Assembly: GCA_964247055.1 (NCBI GenBank)
Contig: OZ176055.1
Span: 7,998,001 to 8,062,000, forward strand
From: Paragordius varius
Taxonomy: Eukaryota; Animalia; Nematomorpha
DNA: 64,000 bases
Direction: 5' to 3'
Made by a program: the position numbers and the translations under genes. Within the stretch, counting starts at the first letter, position 1. Each line of letters begins with the position of its first letter. The notes beneath the pieces were generated by a model. It was not told the origin of the DNA and did not search any database. It saw nothing but the letters and a program-made list of their open reading frames with translations. Positions 1 to 14,496 of this stretch are shown here, piece by piece.

Positions 1-10
1 TTACCATATA

Positions 11-172
11 CAGTATGCATTTTAATGGGTGCTAATTACTATAGTAGGGTAATTTGCATCACAGTGTGTATGGAAAAAACAACAAAATGAATAAACAATT
101 ATTTCCTTTTTTCCATACACTCTTGTGTTGCAAATTGCCCCCTATTATAGTGTAAATTAAGCAACCATTAAA
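11..172. mobile_element. Palindromic Tc1/mariner-type MITE, family B copy 1
   Basis: TA|CAGTATGCAT start, internal inverted repeat tatagtagggtaatttgca...tgcaaattgccccctattata; homologous copies at 33466 and 50881. Confidence 0.65.
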
Positions 173-212
173 ATTCTTACTACATATAAACCAAATTTTT
201 AATTAACAATAC

Positions 213-1848
213 CTCATAATTAATATTAAATTCTTCAATGAAATTGGCATCAATAAACATTCGCACAACGGCTTTAATCATATCGAAATCGTTTAAGCTG
301 TAATCATCAAACATCAGATCCTCGATATTCAATTTTTTGGCTGAATCAATTTTAGCATACTGTTGCATATAGTATTAAAATCAAAAATATTGTTTTTCAT
401 AAAGTGTTTTGTTTTCGAGAAAAAAATTGAATATTATATATGATGTTCATTAAAAATAATCTCTGCAAAAAAATATTTAATTTTTAAAAATGTAGGGGAA
501 GGCTCGTAACAAACGTAAGTTTTAACCGAGTAATTGGCTATAATTCTTTAAGTTAACGTTTCTATCAGTTCTTTAAAAACGAAACCGGTTTAAGTCGCAA
601 AAAAGGGAGCTTTCTCTGGTTCGCATTTTTGCATACCAAAGAGAATTCTAAAAAATTAAAACCAAGTCCCAACCCCTAAACCGCGGTTTAATATTTTTAT
701 CAAAACCGTTGAGTTTATTGATTTAAACTCCGAGCTTTCGGTAAAAAGTTACACCATATATATGGGATTATAAATTTACGGTTAATCTTTGGACATCATC
801 TTCTGGTGTGCGGACGTGATACGATAGAACCTGTAATACACATGAGAAAAGTTTTTGTTAAATAAAAATTCAGACTAAATTACGTATTTATATATATAAA
901 AAGACGTTACTTCTAAAGCAACTGATTTCATTGCGTTGGTATCTGCCATTTGCAAATAAAGGATACTTTTATCATATACCAAACCACAAAATATACCAAA
1001 TATCTAAAGTTTTTACAAATAAACATAATAGAATATATTCTGACAATATTTAATTTTTCAGTGAAAAGTATTACTTTAAGTAATTGTTCATCATATTTGT
1101 CAAACTTCTCGTTGTTTAATTTATCACTAGCAAAAATGTGTCCTAAAAATTAAAAATTACAATATAATTGAATCGTTGTCAGAAATTAATAACATAAAAA
1201 TCTATACCAATTTTTTCTATTTTTCATAGAGTTTAACAAGCGTAAAAACTATACCTATATAAATTTTTTTCTTATTGATGATTTCGGTTCCAATACTGTT
1301 GGTTGATGTAGTTTTTGGTTTTCGTTTCCTCTAATACGGTAGTATTTTAGTAAAAAAAATTTTTGATTAAAAATTATAAATTTATTTTAAGATAAAGATT
1401 AAAAATAAGCTATATTTTTTTATAAAATTTATGTTTTTACAAAAAATTACCAAAGGCGCCGGTTCCAAATCCATGAAGAAGGAACGACTTGTTGTTAAAT
1501 TGAGTTCAAACAAATTTTTATCGCCTTTGCGATATTTAGATTGACAATATACTTTTTTTCTAAAGATTAAAATGATTATGTATAATTAAATCAGGGGTAA
1601 AAATGGCAATAATGGCGTTATTTGATGAATACGATGATTTAAAATGTTCTTATAGCGAATTTTATAGATAAATTAGATTTTCTCTTTATAAATTAAAAAA
1701 CTTAGATAACAGGTAAAATATTAATTTGCGTTTTGTAATTACCAAACAACCGTTAAATGGCAAAACTTTCAGACAGCGCCCTTTTTACAGAATAATCAAA
1801 TTAAAAATGTTTTAAAAATCAAACAAATGTATTAGGCTGGTATATCTA

Positions 1849-1880
<32 letters not shown>

Positions 1881-4800
1881 ATTTCACCTTCTTGAAAGTT
1901 AGCATAATTTTATTCAATGGGTTGCCTCTTCAATAAATTAAGTTTATTTTCAATATCAGACTAAAATCAGAAAAAACTATTCTGAATAAGATAATTTTAC
2001 GAAACCGTGAAATTTAACAAGTGAACCTGCAACTAGCTCTTATTTGGAATAGTTTGAAATATGTTGGTTTGGAACCGCTAAAATGAATTTTTTTAACTAA
2101 AATTAATTTTAGTTTTTGGAGATTATTTTGGTATCAATAGTTTTTGGACAATCGATACCTAACTCTGGTGATCAAGTTTTTTGGAATACAATTGGATATT
2201 ATTTAATAAATATCTACTCAAATTTTTTACACGCATATAATTTATTATTAATAATTGTTTTATACCTTGTATCATTGTGTTGTTGATGCTCATTGTGATC
2301 GTTTAAATCATCTTCGCCCATATCTAGAACTTCAAAACTTCGATTAACAAAACTTGGACTCTAAAATTGAAAATAAAAATATTTTTTAAAATTACACATT
2401 AAACAAATTATTGCTAACGTTAAATATACTTCAACATCCTGAACCTGTAAAGTAATTTGACATCGATCACAATCAAGCATCCACAAAGCCTTCTTAAGAA
2501 TTTTTATGATTCCACTCTCCAAATCATCATCAGAATCCTCATATAAATCATGAATGAGATCCAAAAAAGCCTATGATATAAGATACAAATATAAAAACCA
2601 GAATAGCAAAAAAATCATAAATAGGAACCAACCTTATTTTGCCTACTCTCCCGGTCAAACCCTTTGAAAGCTATGGCGTTTTTAAATGCGTTCCTTACAG
2701 TGGCTGCATAATGTGCCATAATCTAATGATATAAACGTTAGGCTTATGAAAATATTTCTGGAAAAATTAAAAATAATTGTTTCAAAATTTTTGTTTTTGG
2801 ATAAATCTATATTCCTTACTATTTCATCCATTTCATCAAAAGATTGTGCCGGTTGACTAGACATATCTGGTTGGTTTTGCAATCGTTTATTAACCAGTTG
2901 AATAACGCCAAAAACCTTTGGTTGTGAAGTTTTTAAATTTTGGCTTTCTGATTGAGGGGAATCATGATTTGCGATAAGGGGTACTAGGAGCATGGAATGT
3001 ATAACTTTTTGATTTAATGGTAAATATTCATAATGACCATCTATTTCTTCATTGATATCCTATAGATTTATATGTTCAGTTATATTGTACATCGCGTGGT
3101 ATTTTTAAATAACAATTACTCAAAATTATGTCGTTAAAATATATCATTCTTAAATAAAATATTACTTTTAGCTCAATAACCAAATAATATCATATATAAT
3201 TGATATGGACTAAAATTCCAAAAACACAAGCGAATAAAACGTTTTAGATTATGTTTATCATCGAATCGTTGAGTTATTATTATAAATTATTTGTTTTAAA
3301 ACTAAAGAATAAAATTTTAACTCATATAAATTGGTTTGTCGCTTTAAAGGAAGTATATGACAAAGATTTGTAAGATATTTGAAAAAGTCATTTAATGTTA
3401 ACTTTTCAACAAATTTGATAATTTCTACCATTAATGTTGCCCTTACATTTTTATCAAAAGCCCAAATTCAAAAAAATTAGCAAGGTTGAATCAAATTTAA
3501 AAAATACAATTATAATAATAACCAATGGACCAATGTAGTATCCCATAGCTAATTACAACCTCTTAACATTTTGGGTACTTTTAGACCTTTATATTAGTGT
3601 GCTAAGACATGTGAATTTTGATGTAAATATCAGGTTTACTAATCACATTTTAAAATGTAGAGAAATTAGTTTATATTTAATAAAAAAAAATTTAAATTTT
3701 AGAAATTTACGAAATTTATCATTAGTTTTAATAAATTTTTGTATTAGTAGCTGCATTCGCATTTATTCCAAATTGGTTTAAAGTGGATATAAAATTATCG
3801 TTTGAATAAAATTGAAATTACCAAACATAAAGAAAATAATATTGGTAATGTTAATTTTATAAAGTTAAAACATCAACCGAACATATACATTTTACATGGA
3901 CTCCATCATAGTATAAAGATATATGGTTGACGCATTGTAAAAAGTTAGTTTTTTATCGATATGTTTTTCCGTTTATGTTTTTACGTTTATGTTTTTAATT
4001 AATATTTGGAAAACTTAACAAAAGTTAAATGAAAAAATGTTGAATTTGAGTGATCTTGGTGTTTAAATAAAAAAATGGTTAGAAAATATGATCAAGATAT
4101 ACGGTTGATTTTGGAGAAAAAGTGTTTAGCTATCTTGATTAAAAAAGTATCGCGAATTCAATAAAAGGGTATTTTCATACTTTTCAATTTAATTTATTTT
4201 ATAAATACAATACCGATAAAAAAATACAGAAAATACTAAAATTTTTTCTAGAGTGTACATATAGAGCTTTGGATTCAGCCTATTTTAGTTAATGCCTATC
4301 TATAATGTAATCTAAAAATCATAATTTCACGCTATGTTTCACAACCATCATCAATTATATTATACGTTCATATGCGATCTTGTCTCTCTTGTGGAATTTT
4401 TGATTATATTCATATTTTGCAAAGTTTGCTTAAAATATATCATACTTAAGCATTGATTACATAACGGAGATATATAATCTATTTCCTCCTCCTATGTTTT
4501 ACTCTAAAAAAATTATATATGAATATTTATCATTTTTTATTTTATGTCAAAAAGGCCAGATAATAATTATTATTTCATATATACTCTAATCTTTTTTATG
4601 TAAAAAAATATGTATATTCAGATGACATATAAAATAATTGGAAGAAAATGGAAGGAGTGTACTCTTTAAGTTTAAAGCTTTTTTAAGCAACAAATCAAAG
4701 TTTTAGTTTTGTATGTGAAAGATTAATGGATATTAGATGCAAAACCTCATTTATATGCCAACCTAACTACAAAACTACTTAGATTAAAGTATAATTAGGA

Positions 4801-7260
4801 AGATGTTAGTTTTGATTTGGACTAAATGATTTTTGACCTAATTCTTGTGTGGATCCAGGCCCAGATTTAGCTAAACCTATTGTCTCTAACATATTATAGT
4901 TATCGTGGAAAAAATTTTTTGTGGTGAGTAAATTGGTTTAAAAACGACTCTTATGGTTTTAAGAAGTTTTAACGTGTCCTTGTTAAAACTTTTATAGATA
5001 AAATTTCCATATATTAGCATATATATTAATATAAATGTTAAATAGTAATGAGCAAAAAACTTTTTGATCATGATTGAGTGGGAAGGACATGTTAATAATT
5101 TGTCTTGTTTGTATACATTTACAGATAAGACTTGATTCGTTTTTTTCATCAGTTAACTGAATATGGAATGGTTTATTACTATTGTTATCAAAAGTATCAA
5201 TATAATTAATTTCCGGGATAGATTCATTTTCCCTAGTAATGATTTTGGATTTATCTTCATTTATATTAGGTAAAATTGTAGATTCTGTTTTAAGAAAAGC
5301 ATCCTTAGTTTTAGCTATAAATTGTGCCCTTAGACTGTACATAGATGGTGGTACAGTGCTTTTATTTAAATGGTAGGGGGTATTCTCATTATTTTTATCA
5401 CCAATAGTTCTTTTTTGTTCTTCTTTTATGCATTCTTCAACATGAGATTCTTCTGTTACCTCAGAATCCGTCAGGATAGAAAGCAAATCCTGGCCGGTAT
5501 TCTGTGGATTTAAGGCATCCTCCATATTCTCCAAACAGTAAAAGCGCGTTACATCAGCCCCAGTTAGTAGGGATGCATTCATTAACATGTTTAATTGCAA
5601 TTTGGGTAAATTTGTTATACCTATGGTATCTTCTATGGCTTTAAGTAATTCCTCATACTTTTCTGCCATACCTAGTACTTTGATTGAGTCGAATAAGGAA
5701 ATTGAACCTGCATTCACTAATAAATCATTAAGTGAATGGCAACGTTTTATGTTTGTTGGTGTTTCTTTATGAAGAACGAGACAAGATTTAACCCTTTTAC
5801 AATTATAATTATTTTGTGCTTCTTTATATATTATTGGAATGTGCTGAATTTTTTGTATGTTATTACTGTTTTGTGAATAGCAAAAAGCTTTAAAATTTGG
5901 TTGTAGGTGCGGATTGTGAAAAAATTCTTTTGAAGGAAGACTGTTGCGCTGAGTCAATAATGAAGCCCTTCTAATTAAATCTTGTAAGGTTTCGCCATAA
6001 GATTTTCTTTTCTCTTTTAAACTACAACGATTAGTATCGTTCTCGAAAATGGAGAGAAAATTTTCAGCGTTATTATTACATTTACAAGGATATGGTGGAT
6101 AAATTGGCTGGTATGGATCCTCTGAAATGGTTAAACGTCTTAAATCTAATTTAGGAGGCAAATATTTACGAGGTTCAGTCGCCGCATTAGTTAGAGAATG
6201 TCTACAGTGTGAATGATTACTGCAAAAATTGCGAATTCCTGAGGTATTAGAGATACTAGAGTTTCTAGATGGGCCAGAATACGAATTCGAGACTAAACTT
6301 GAGCGGGCCGAATCAAAAAAGGGAGACGATGACGAATTGAGAGAACAAAATGATGGTCTAGAAGAGTTTGATAAACGTCTACTTTGCCATGCATACTCTT
6401 GTAAGGTCAAGTATCCTTGTGCTTTTAACCATTTATTTATGAGATTTATATCGGCACGTTGGAGGAAATACGTTTCAAACACTTCACTATGGGCATCTAA
6501 CCAAATAAAAATGTCTTCTTTATTGTATAAACTATTGTTTTTGTCAGTTACACTGTTTTTAGAGGCGGTCTTTCGATACTCCCGTAAGATTGGTAAAGAA
6601 AAAATATTTCGTGCAAATAGAGTTTTCTGCTCTGCGTCCCGGAGTGTTTGTGGATAATTTTTGTATAGACTTTGAATGAAAAAATTATTGTTGTTGACAT
6701 CAAAATCAGCACTTAATCGATGATTTTTTCTGTTTGAAGTGGTGCAATTAGTTTGTCTACAAATAAAATTAATATTGATAATTTATTATTGAACATTTTT
6801 ACTATTTTTTTTATGTTAAAAAATTACTATACTTGGTCAACCGATTTTCCTGTAGGCTGTGTCGATTTTTCGGAATAACTCCTATATTTTTTATGCTATC
6901 TGATAAAATAAAAGTTTTTGAATTATCCGTAAAATAATTCTTTTGCGCAATAACATTATCGTTAAAATTATTATTTATATCTGTTTTTTGGCCCTTATTT
7001 TCACACACTATGATAATATTTGTCGCTTTTGATTGTAAATCGCTTTGATTTTTCCCATTTTTTTCATGTGGATCATTTTTATTTATATTATTAGTATTAT
7101 TTTCACAATTTTCATTATTATCGGGAATGATTGCATGTCTCTCTTCCAATATGTCGTTTCCCTCAATAATATCATCGATGATGTTATTATGCCTTGGGCT
7201 TACTATAATTTTTTTCAATATATCATTATCAATATTATCAATATTAGGAATATTGTTCAT
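213..7260 (-). CDS. GAF-domain cyclic nucleotide phosphodiesterase (PDE5/PDE11 family), multi-exon, 3' end beyond the left edge of the window
   Basis: Minus-strand GT-AG exons: 6833-7260 (ATG at 7260); a large exon from 6756 to about 5100 containing EDIFIWLDAHSEVFETYFLQRADINLINKW (PDE5/11-type N-terminal motif); 2820-3059 (SMLLVP...VFGVIQLVNK...FDEMDE, end of GAF-A); 2633-2722; 2430-2570 (FLDLIHDLYE...LDCDRCQITL, start of GAF-B); 2266-2360; 1451-1559; 1075-1142; 911-1003 (IFGIFCGL...SVALE); 780-830 (VLSYH); 213-359 (FDDYSLNDFDMIKAVVRMF, start of the catalytic domain). Exons at 3060-5100 and 1143-1450 not resolved. Confidence 0.88.
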
Positions 7261-8950
7261 ATTTTAACGGATTTTAGATTGTTGATATTTTATCAATTTT
7301 TGGGTATAAAATCTAGATTATTCTATATTAAAAATATGTAATATATATTCCAAATATGGTATCTACAAATCCAATAATCACAAAAATCAAAGCGCAGGAA
7401 TTTCATCGGAAAAAAATACACAGAATATGGTTAATGGAAATAGGATATAGTTTATATCTAACTGTAAAATCCATTAAAAACTATATATTTAAGTAAGTAA
7501 ATAAGGAGTGATTTAATGGTTTATTGAAATTGAGAAAAAAATATATAGTAAGTCTTATTTTATCTTAAATGTCGTTTCATTTCGTCAAGCTATCAATTGC
7601 GTAATTTTACGATCGAATATAAATTATATATTAATTGTTTTATATCTAAATATGTTGAGCCATATAGTTTACAAAACGGGATACATTTTCTAAAAAATGT
7701 AGGGAATGAAAATATAAATTCATGGTCACATAATAAAAATCCTTTTTTTATACGCACATTTTGAGATAATATATAAAAATAAAGGAAACAATTAAGACAT
7801 ATATTCGCAATATTGTATAATAATTATAGTTAATTTCTTATGAATAATTTTTTTTCCTACTGATTGAAAGATAGATATCTAATACTAATCTTTTAACAAT
7901 TTTATACCATTCATTAGTCTAAGTGCAAAATGATATTTTTTCAAGCAATATATTACTTTTTGACAAAAATATGAAAAAAATATGCATGAAGGATTAGAAA
8001 TTATATAACACGATTCTGTATACAGTAGAGTAAATAATTGGCCCTAATTTTAAATTAAGACACGCCCCACAAATATCCCTTATTATCCTTTTTTGAAATA
8101 TTAAAATTTAATTTTTTAATTTAATTTTAATTAATATGAGCATTTGTTTTTATATGTTTTCCAAGTTTCTAAACAGCCACAAACACTAGTGAGTTTTGGA
8201 AAGGTATTCTCAACTTTAAACGATATTTGGACTAAAACCGTAGATACATTCAAAAATAAGTACAATTTCAATGACTAGTTTCAAATCCTCAAAAGGGGAT
8301 TCATTTTTAAACTGATTATATGAGTGCGTGAAAATAATTATGCTTTTAGGTGAAGTTTATTTTCAAAAAGATTTTTAAGGCAGGGTCATTAAAAGTGGGT
8401 CCACCGTATTTAAAACCCAAAGTACTGCATTGTACCCATAAAAAAACTATGAATTCATTATTCCATGTTGGAGTCGAATAAATTTGGTACAAACTTCGCT
8501 TCGTGCGGATTTTAGTTTTGAGTTGGCCTCTATTTCCTTTATAAAAAATTGGAATTGTGGCATTATTGATTGATCGGCGCTTTTTTACATTTTCGTCGGT
8601 TTAAGTTATTTAATATATTCCATAGAAAACCCAAATTATTTATTTTTAGCACATTTTTTTAAAAGCATATAAAAATAATCCAAAAAATTAGTAATACATA
8701 AATGGCTGGTCTTGATTATCTTCATTATATTAAAAAATCGAATTATGCCAATCGTTCTATAGTATATAGATTCATGAAGCCTATAATGTTACAACAAATC
8801 AAAAATTGAAACAATGTATTACTTTAAATAAATTAAACTTATAATCCCTTTTATTTTCCCTTAAAAATGAGTGATTTAAAACCAAGTTCAGATCCAACCC
8901 CCAAATTGTCTGCTTGAAGTCATTTATATGCATTTTTACCTTTTCATTCT

Positions 8951-9300
8951 ATACTAATTTTACAGTTCAAATTCACTCCTGAACAACTCAAATCCACCCT
9001 TAAACAATTCAAAATCCTTGAATTCAAATTCACGTTTGAACAATTCAAATTCACCTTAAAATAAATTATGTGTTTTTTGAGATTAAATATTACTATTTTT
9101 TAAAAAAAATTGTATGTAATCAAAATAATACTAAAAAAACAATAAACTTTGCCATAAAAATATATTTAATTATAATGATGAGTTATATTAGCCCGAAATT
9201 TCTTATTTTTAGGGTAAATTGAATTGTTCGAGGGTGAATTTGAATAGTTCAAGGGTGAATTTGAATTGTTCAAGAGTGAATGAATTGTAAATGGTATATA
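8951..9300. mobile_element. MITE family A (ATATACCATTT termini, 21-bp gggtgaatttgaattgttyaa arrays)
   Basis: Inverted arms ttcaaattcaccc / gggtgaatttgaa, right end aaatggtatata. Confidence 0.75.
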
Positions 9301-9810
9301 TTTAATATTGGTAGAGTGATAAACAGTTATACGCAGGTCTAGGGGCATTTACTAATTTACATATATATACCATTTCCCAGTCAAAAAAACGTTTTCCCAG
9401 TCAATAAAAACATTTTCCTAGTCAATAAAAACGATTGTATTTTTGATGATAAATATCAAAAGAAGATATAAAAGTAGCTTTGGACCATTATCAGCGTAAT
9501 ATTAGGATATAATTTTTTATCAAACCACAATTATTGAATGACAATTTTTCCAATTATATTCCAGTGCACAATCATCAATAACTTATTACTAGAAATTTAT
9601 ATTTTTTGGATTTAGAGTATTTTTAGAAATTAATTAATATTTTTTTTATTTTATCGATGGTTCGCATTAATAATCGGGGCTAACATATAAAAATATATAG
9701 TAAATGAAATAATAAAATTATAAAATATACCATTTTAATCTCAAAAGCCATTTAACACTTCATATTGGATCTTAAACATTAATTTTACCCTAATTTATAT
9801 ATATTTATCA

Positions 9811-10410
9811 CTAGCGTAAATCTCGTGCTGCTACGCAGCCCGAGGAAGTCCTTCGGACTTTTTTTTGGAGGGGTGGGGGCTATTTGAAAAAAGGGACATT
9901 AAAATGATCCACATAAATGGATAATTTCGAAACATTATTTAATAGCTATGATCTCATAGGAATTTTAAAACGGTGCATTCATACTAATATATTGTTTACT
10001 TGGGGGAAAAATAGATTCAAAAAATTATTTTTGTGGATTTTGTTTTTTTGAAAAAAAATGGCATATTACGGGGAGAGCGGGTTAAAAGAAAGCCTAAATA
10101 AAAAAGCGATCCTATGTTCGGCGCAATCGAAAATAAGTAAACAAAAATCATATTTGAAATTGAATGGTCCAACACGTTCTCCGAAAATTTGTCTCAATGA
10201 CACTATTTTTGTGGACTTCTGTTTTCAAAAAAATACCGTTTTTTACACGGGGTGGGCCCGAACTGGGGGCCTAATTTCAAAAAAAGGGCGAAGCTATTGT
10301 CGGGGCATTCATTAATGATTGTTTTTTTGACATTTGGATTTGAATGGGTCTACCGGTTTTTTGGAAACAGATCACAAAGCCAGTATTTTCCATTTTTATA
10401 AATATATAGA
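9811..10410 (-). mobile_element. Non-autonomous Helitron (600 bp)
   Basis: Minus strand reads A|TCTATATATTTATAAA...CTCGGGCTGCGTAGCAGCACGAG (hairpin) ATTTACG-CTAG|T: 5'-TC, 3' hairpin, CTAG end and A|T insertion site. The 5' ~400 bp is homologous to 21651-22030. Confidence 0.75.
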
Positions 10411-10414
10411 TTTG

Positions 10415-10706
10415 GTCCAGCAGTGGCCATACGCAACCCTCCGAGATTCTTTGTGCGGCACCCGAAAAATTTGGAAATCAATATGCAAAACTATGCCCAC
10501 AAAATCTTATTAAAATTGATATTTCTTGCGCAATTATTCTGAATGATTCTATTTAATTGGCAACGAATAAAAAAAATTGTTATATTGTTTTTGTATTTTA
10601 CAGTCTTATGTCTAAAATCGAATAAATTATTTATGAATGACCGTATAATTTAAATGCGGAACGCCGTGCTTTTTGAGTAAAAAATGCGGCCCGTGTTGGA
10701 ATATCC
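10415..10706. mobile_element. Degenerate hAT (Charlie-type) MITE, family I copy 1
   Basis: ccctccgagattctttgtgcggc...aatttggaaatc...gcccacaaaatc and 3' aaatgcggcccgtgttgga are homologous to 60059-60338. Confidence 0.5.
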
Positions 10707-11466
10707 TTTTTATAAAATATTTTTAACACATAAACATTTTTATCCAAAAAAATTTTTTAGATACAAAAGTATTTTTATCGACAAGCTTGACAACATGTTT
10801 AAAAACTGTTTTGATAAGTCATTAATGATTGTGCACTGGAATATAATTGGAAAAATTGTCATTCAATAATTGTGTTTTTATAAAAAATAATATCCTAATC
10901 AGCACTATGTAAAAGTTAAAATATCAAGAAATTTCGATTAATAATCGAATTCTAATTAGCAGATTTTTTGATTATTTTAAGTTACTTCTAATATATATTA
11001 TAAAAATAAAGATATACGTGTTGCAACTTTATATAAAAAAATTATATAAAAATGGACTTATTTTAACCATGTTTTTAATAATTTTAGTCTTATGAAAATT
11101 TCAAGGTCACAAGAATTCTTGGATGGTTTTTTTGAAGATACCATAAAGATATTTATGAACCAACTCTGCAAACATGACAAATTAACTAAATTAATTTTTT
11201 TCATGTTTATGCACACAAAATATAATCAATCAATATTTCAAAAAGCTTTTAGGATCATTGAAATATGCTAAGACGCATTTCCTCATAATATAAAAAAATA
11301 TGCATAAAATATCATGGGATAGACTTAAATATAATATAACATGATATTAAGAATAAATATTTTTATCCTACAAAAATAGGCATTTACAAGTTTGATTAAT
11401 TAATACAAGGGTATCCAAAGTGCGGCCCACTTAAAATACCAAAAAATCAAAATTTAATATTATAAT

Positions 11467-12195
11467 CAGGGCTCGGAACCGGTTCAAAAAAATGGAACCG
11501 GAACCGCGTTGGTTCTTAAAAATTTAAAAATAGAACCGGAACTGCGTTGGTCTCTTAAAAATTTTTATAATACAACCAAAGAACAATTGTAAATCAAACA
11601 ATTTATTATAAATTGCGAAATGTGTATAAAATGAGAGTTAAATTAAGTATGGCATCTAAAAAAATCTTTATATAACTTTAAAAAATAATTGAACCAAGCT
11701 ATTCGCTGGTCAAACTGCTTATCAAGTTTGAAAATAGAAAATTAAGGGTAAAAAAACTCATTTCAACGGAGACCTATATATACGAACATATGTATTATAA
11801 ATCAACTCGAGTTAAGACTATTATTTTTAGAACAGGCGAATCGTCCAAAATTCAGAGAGTATCGCTAATATACGCTTAGTTTTAGGTTTAAAGTTTGAAG
11901 TATGTAATAGGTAGTACAATCAAATTTAAATTATAAAATAAAATTTTTATAATAAAAATCATATGGGAACCAGTAATTAAGGGGGTGGAACCGGAACCAG
12001 GTCGGTTCCTGAACGTTTGGAACCGGAACCATGTTGGTTCCTAAAAATTTATAGATGGAACCAGGGTGGTTCCAGAAGTTTCGGAATCAGCACCGGAGGG
12101 TTCCCGGATAAGTGGAACCGGAACCGCGTTGGTTTTATCCCAATGAAGCCGGTTTTTGTTAAGATCCCAGGAACCGGGTTCCGGTTCCAAGCCTG
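11467..12195. mobile_element. Non-autonomous hAT element with GGAACC subterminal repeats
   Basis: TIR CAGGGCTCGGAACCGG / CCGGTTCCAAGCCTG; 8-bp TSD attataat / actataat (7/8); many ggaaccggaacc motifs at both ends. Confidence 0.8.
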
Positions 12196-14496
12196 ACTAT
12201 AATCTATATACAAACACTTACTAAAATAATATTACAATTAATAACAAAATCCCTTTAAAATTTATATCTAAGAGTATTCATATACTAATTTACTTGAAAA
12301 TTAAAATTATACCTATCGGTGTATTTTAAAACAGTATATTCCGTAAAGGGTTAAATTAATTTTTAATGCGGTTAAATACTATTATTTTTAAAGGTTGCTT
12401 TAAAATCCATCCAAATTTTTTGGATCTAAGGATAAATATCAAATTTTCATTATAAAAATTAAATCAAGTTCTAAATTTTATGGTTTTTATTAAAACTTAT
12501 GGCAGGCAGTCAATATGCAGGCTTGTGCTTATTTGCATTAGTGATATAAAAACCAATACTTCTTCAACCCGTTATGAAAATCATATTACGGAGATTTTAT
12601 TTTTCAAAAGTAATTACAGAATGATGCATGGAAATTCAATCATATTAGCAAAAATTAAGGTCTTCTTGCAAGCAATCATTTGTTTTAATTTTTAAATAGG
12701 ACAGATCTAGTCAACATATCAAATCATTTTTAATATGCTAAAATACGTGATTCTCAGCCAGAGATGTATAAAAAATTTTATTTTAGTTAGATAAATATTA
12801 TGTTTTAAACAAATTTACATCCATTTTTTTCCAAATTTTAGCAACGGAATAACTAACAATAAATTGGTAAATGGAATAGAGATATATTGTGTTTGAAATT
12901 TTTTACAGTCACATGTAGGGGTGGTATTTAATAAAATTACCATGTGTTAATATTTTTTAAATACGGTCCCGGTAGATTTTTCGGGTTCGAAAAGGCGGCT
13001 GCAAAGCCATTGTGTTAACGACCCCTGGACTTATCGACAACAATATTAACAAAATTTTTATATAAATATATTTAATTTTCTGGTCAATCTATTATGTTGT
13101 CAAATGCTTCTTAATTATATCATATTTAACTTTGGGCTTCTATATCATTGTACCTAAATATTTATATTACTAAGGGGTGTTAATTAGCTTTTGGTTTTGC
13201 CGTATAAAACAATTTTTACGCAATCCATATTTTTATTTCGTCTCCCACTCATATTCTATTCCTATACGACATGGATTTCTTCATTATTTTACTTAGGTTT
13301 AAAAATATCATTTTTTTCCACTTTTAGTATGACATCATTGTTTTGTTTTATAGAAGTTAACTATACCGGATATAATTAATTACTTTTTTTGGCTAATTTA
13401 CATCGACATACAAAAAATGGATAACGTTTTTTTTGAATATTGAGCCAAACAATTGTTATCATAAAAACAAATCTGCGGATAAAACTAAAGAAATTATTTC
13501 TAAGCTCGTTAAAATGTAACAGTACAAGCTTGGTACGAATTCCAATTTACCAGAAAAGTTATGCTATTGTTGGCGGAATGTATACATTTAAAGATATTAC
13601 AATAACATTTCACAATATCAAAAATATTGTAACAATTTTTATGTTTTTGGATATATACCCTAGGCTTTTTAGAAAGACACGTGTAAACTAAAAAAATGTT
13701 GATATTATAAGATATTACAATATATACAAAAGTTTCATAATTTGAAAATTAATTATGAAAATCTAGTCCATATTTATAGTCAGACGTTTAACGTATTTCC
13801 TTTATGTGTTTATTTCTTTTGGATTTTTCGCTACCAATCTATAAAAATTAGTTTCCCATAACGTAAAATCAGGTCCATAGACCCACTGTGTTTATAGATA
13901 TACATAGTGAATCGAAAAATAGGGACCTTTTGATAAACTGACGTAAGCGAAATGATGCAAGAATTAAATGGGTTAATAACTGATTCTCGGGATTTAGTGA
14001 ACTTCACTTTAAATTCTAAAATTGCAATAATTTGAAAACGCAATTGTTTAAACCAAACACTACAATTTCATATTAAACAACTTTTTGGGGTGATGCTCAA
14101 ATTTGACATGTATTCCATATTAAATTATAAAAGAAAATTTAATGTTTAATCCTGCCATAAATTATGTATGCATTAAATTTTAATTCACTATAAAGCCTTG
14201 TTAAATAAATAGCCATGCCATAATAGTTTGACATAGTTAAAATTACTAATGCACCACCTCTCGATTACATGCTCTTAGAATTTCTTAAAACGCTATTTTC
14301 AACTTCCGAATATTAATACAAAAGTATAATAAAAAGTGCTTGTGCTCCCCATTTAAAAATTTTAGACAAAAATCTATTTTTTGGCATATTTTCTTTATTT
14401 ATAATTTGGGAGTCTGATGACTAAATTTTTAGAATTCTGAAAACCCATGCTATATAGTATCTTGAGTTTCACTTAAAAAAACGAACCCCAAGAACA

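Noticed and set aside
493-680. TAGGGG...CCCCTA segment as a hAT MITE
   Set aside because: Inverted match of only about 6 bp and no 8-bp TSD.
5587-6657. Plus-strand ORFs 5587-5772 and 6229-6657
   Set aside because: Antisense shadows of the large PDE exon, with no independent motifs.
7045-7341. Hydrophobic 98-aa ORF (apparent membrane protein)
   Set aside because: Antisense to the Asn/Ile-rich first PDE exon; hydrophobicity follows from AT bias.
12916-13027. TAGGGGTGGT...ACGACCCCTG as a small hAT MITE
   Set aside because: Flanks do not form a TSD and no second copy was seen in the window.
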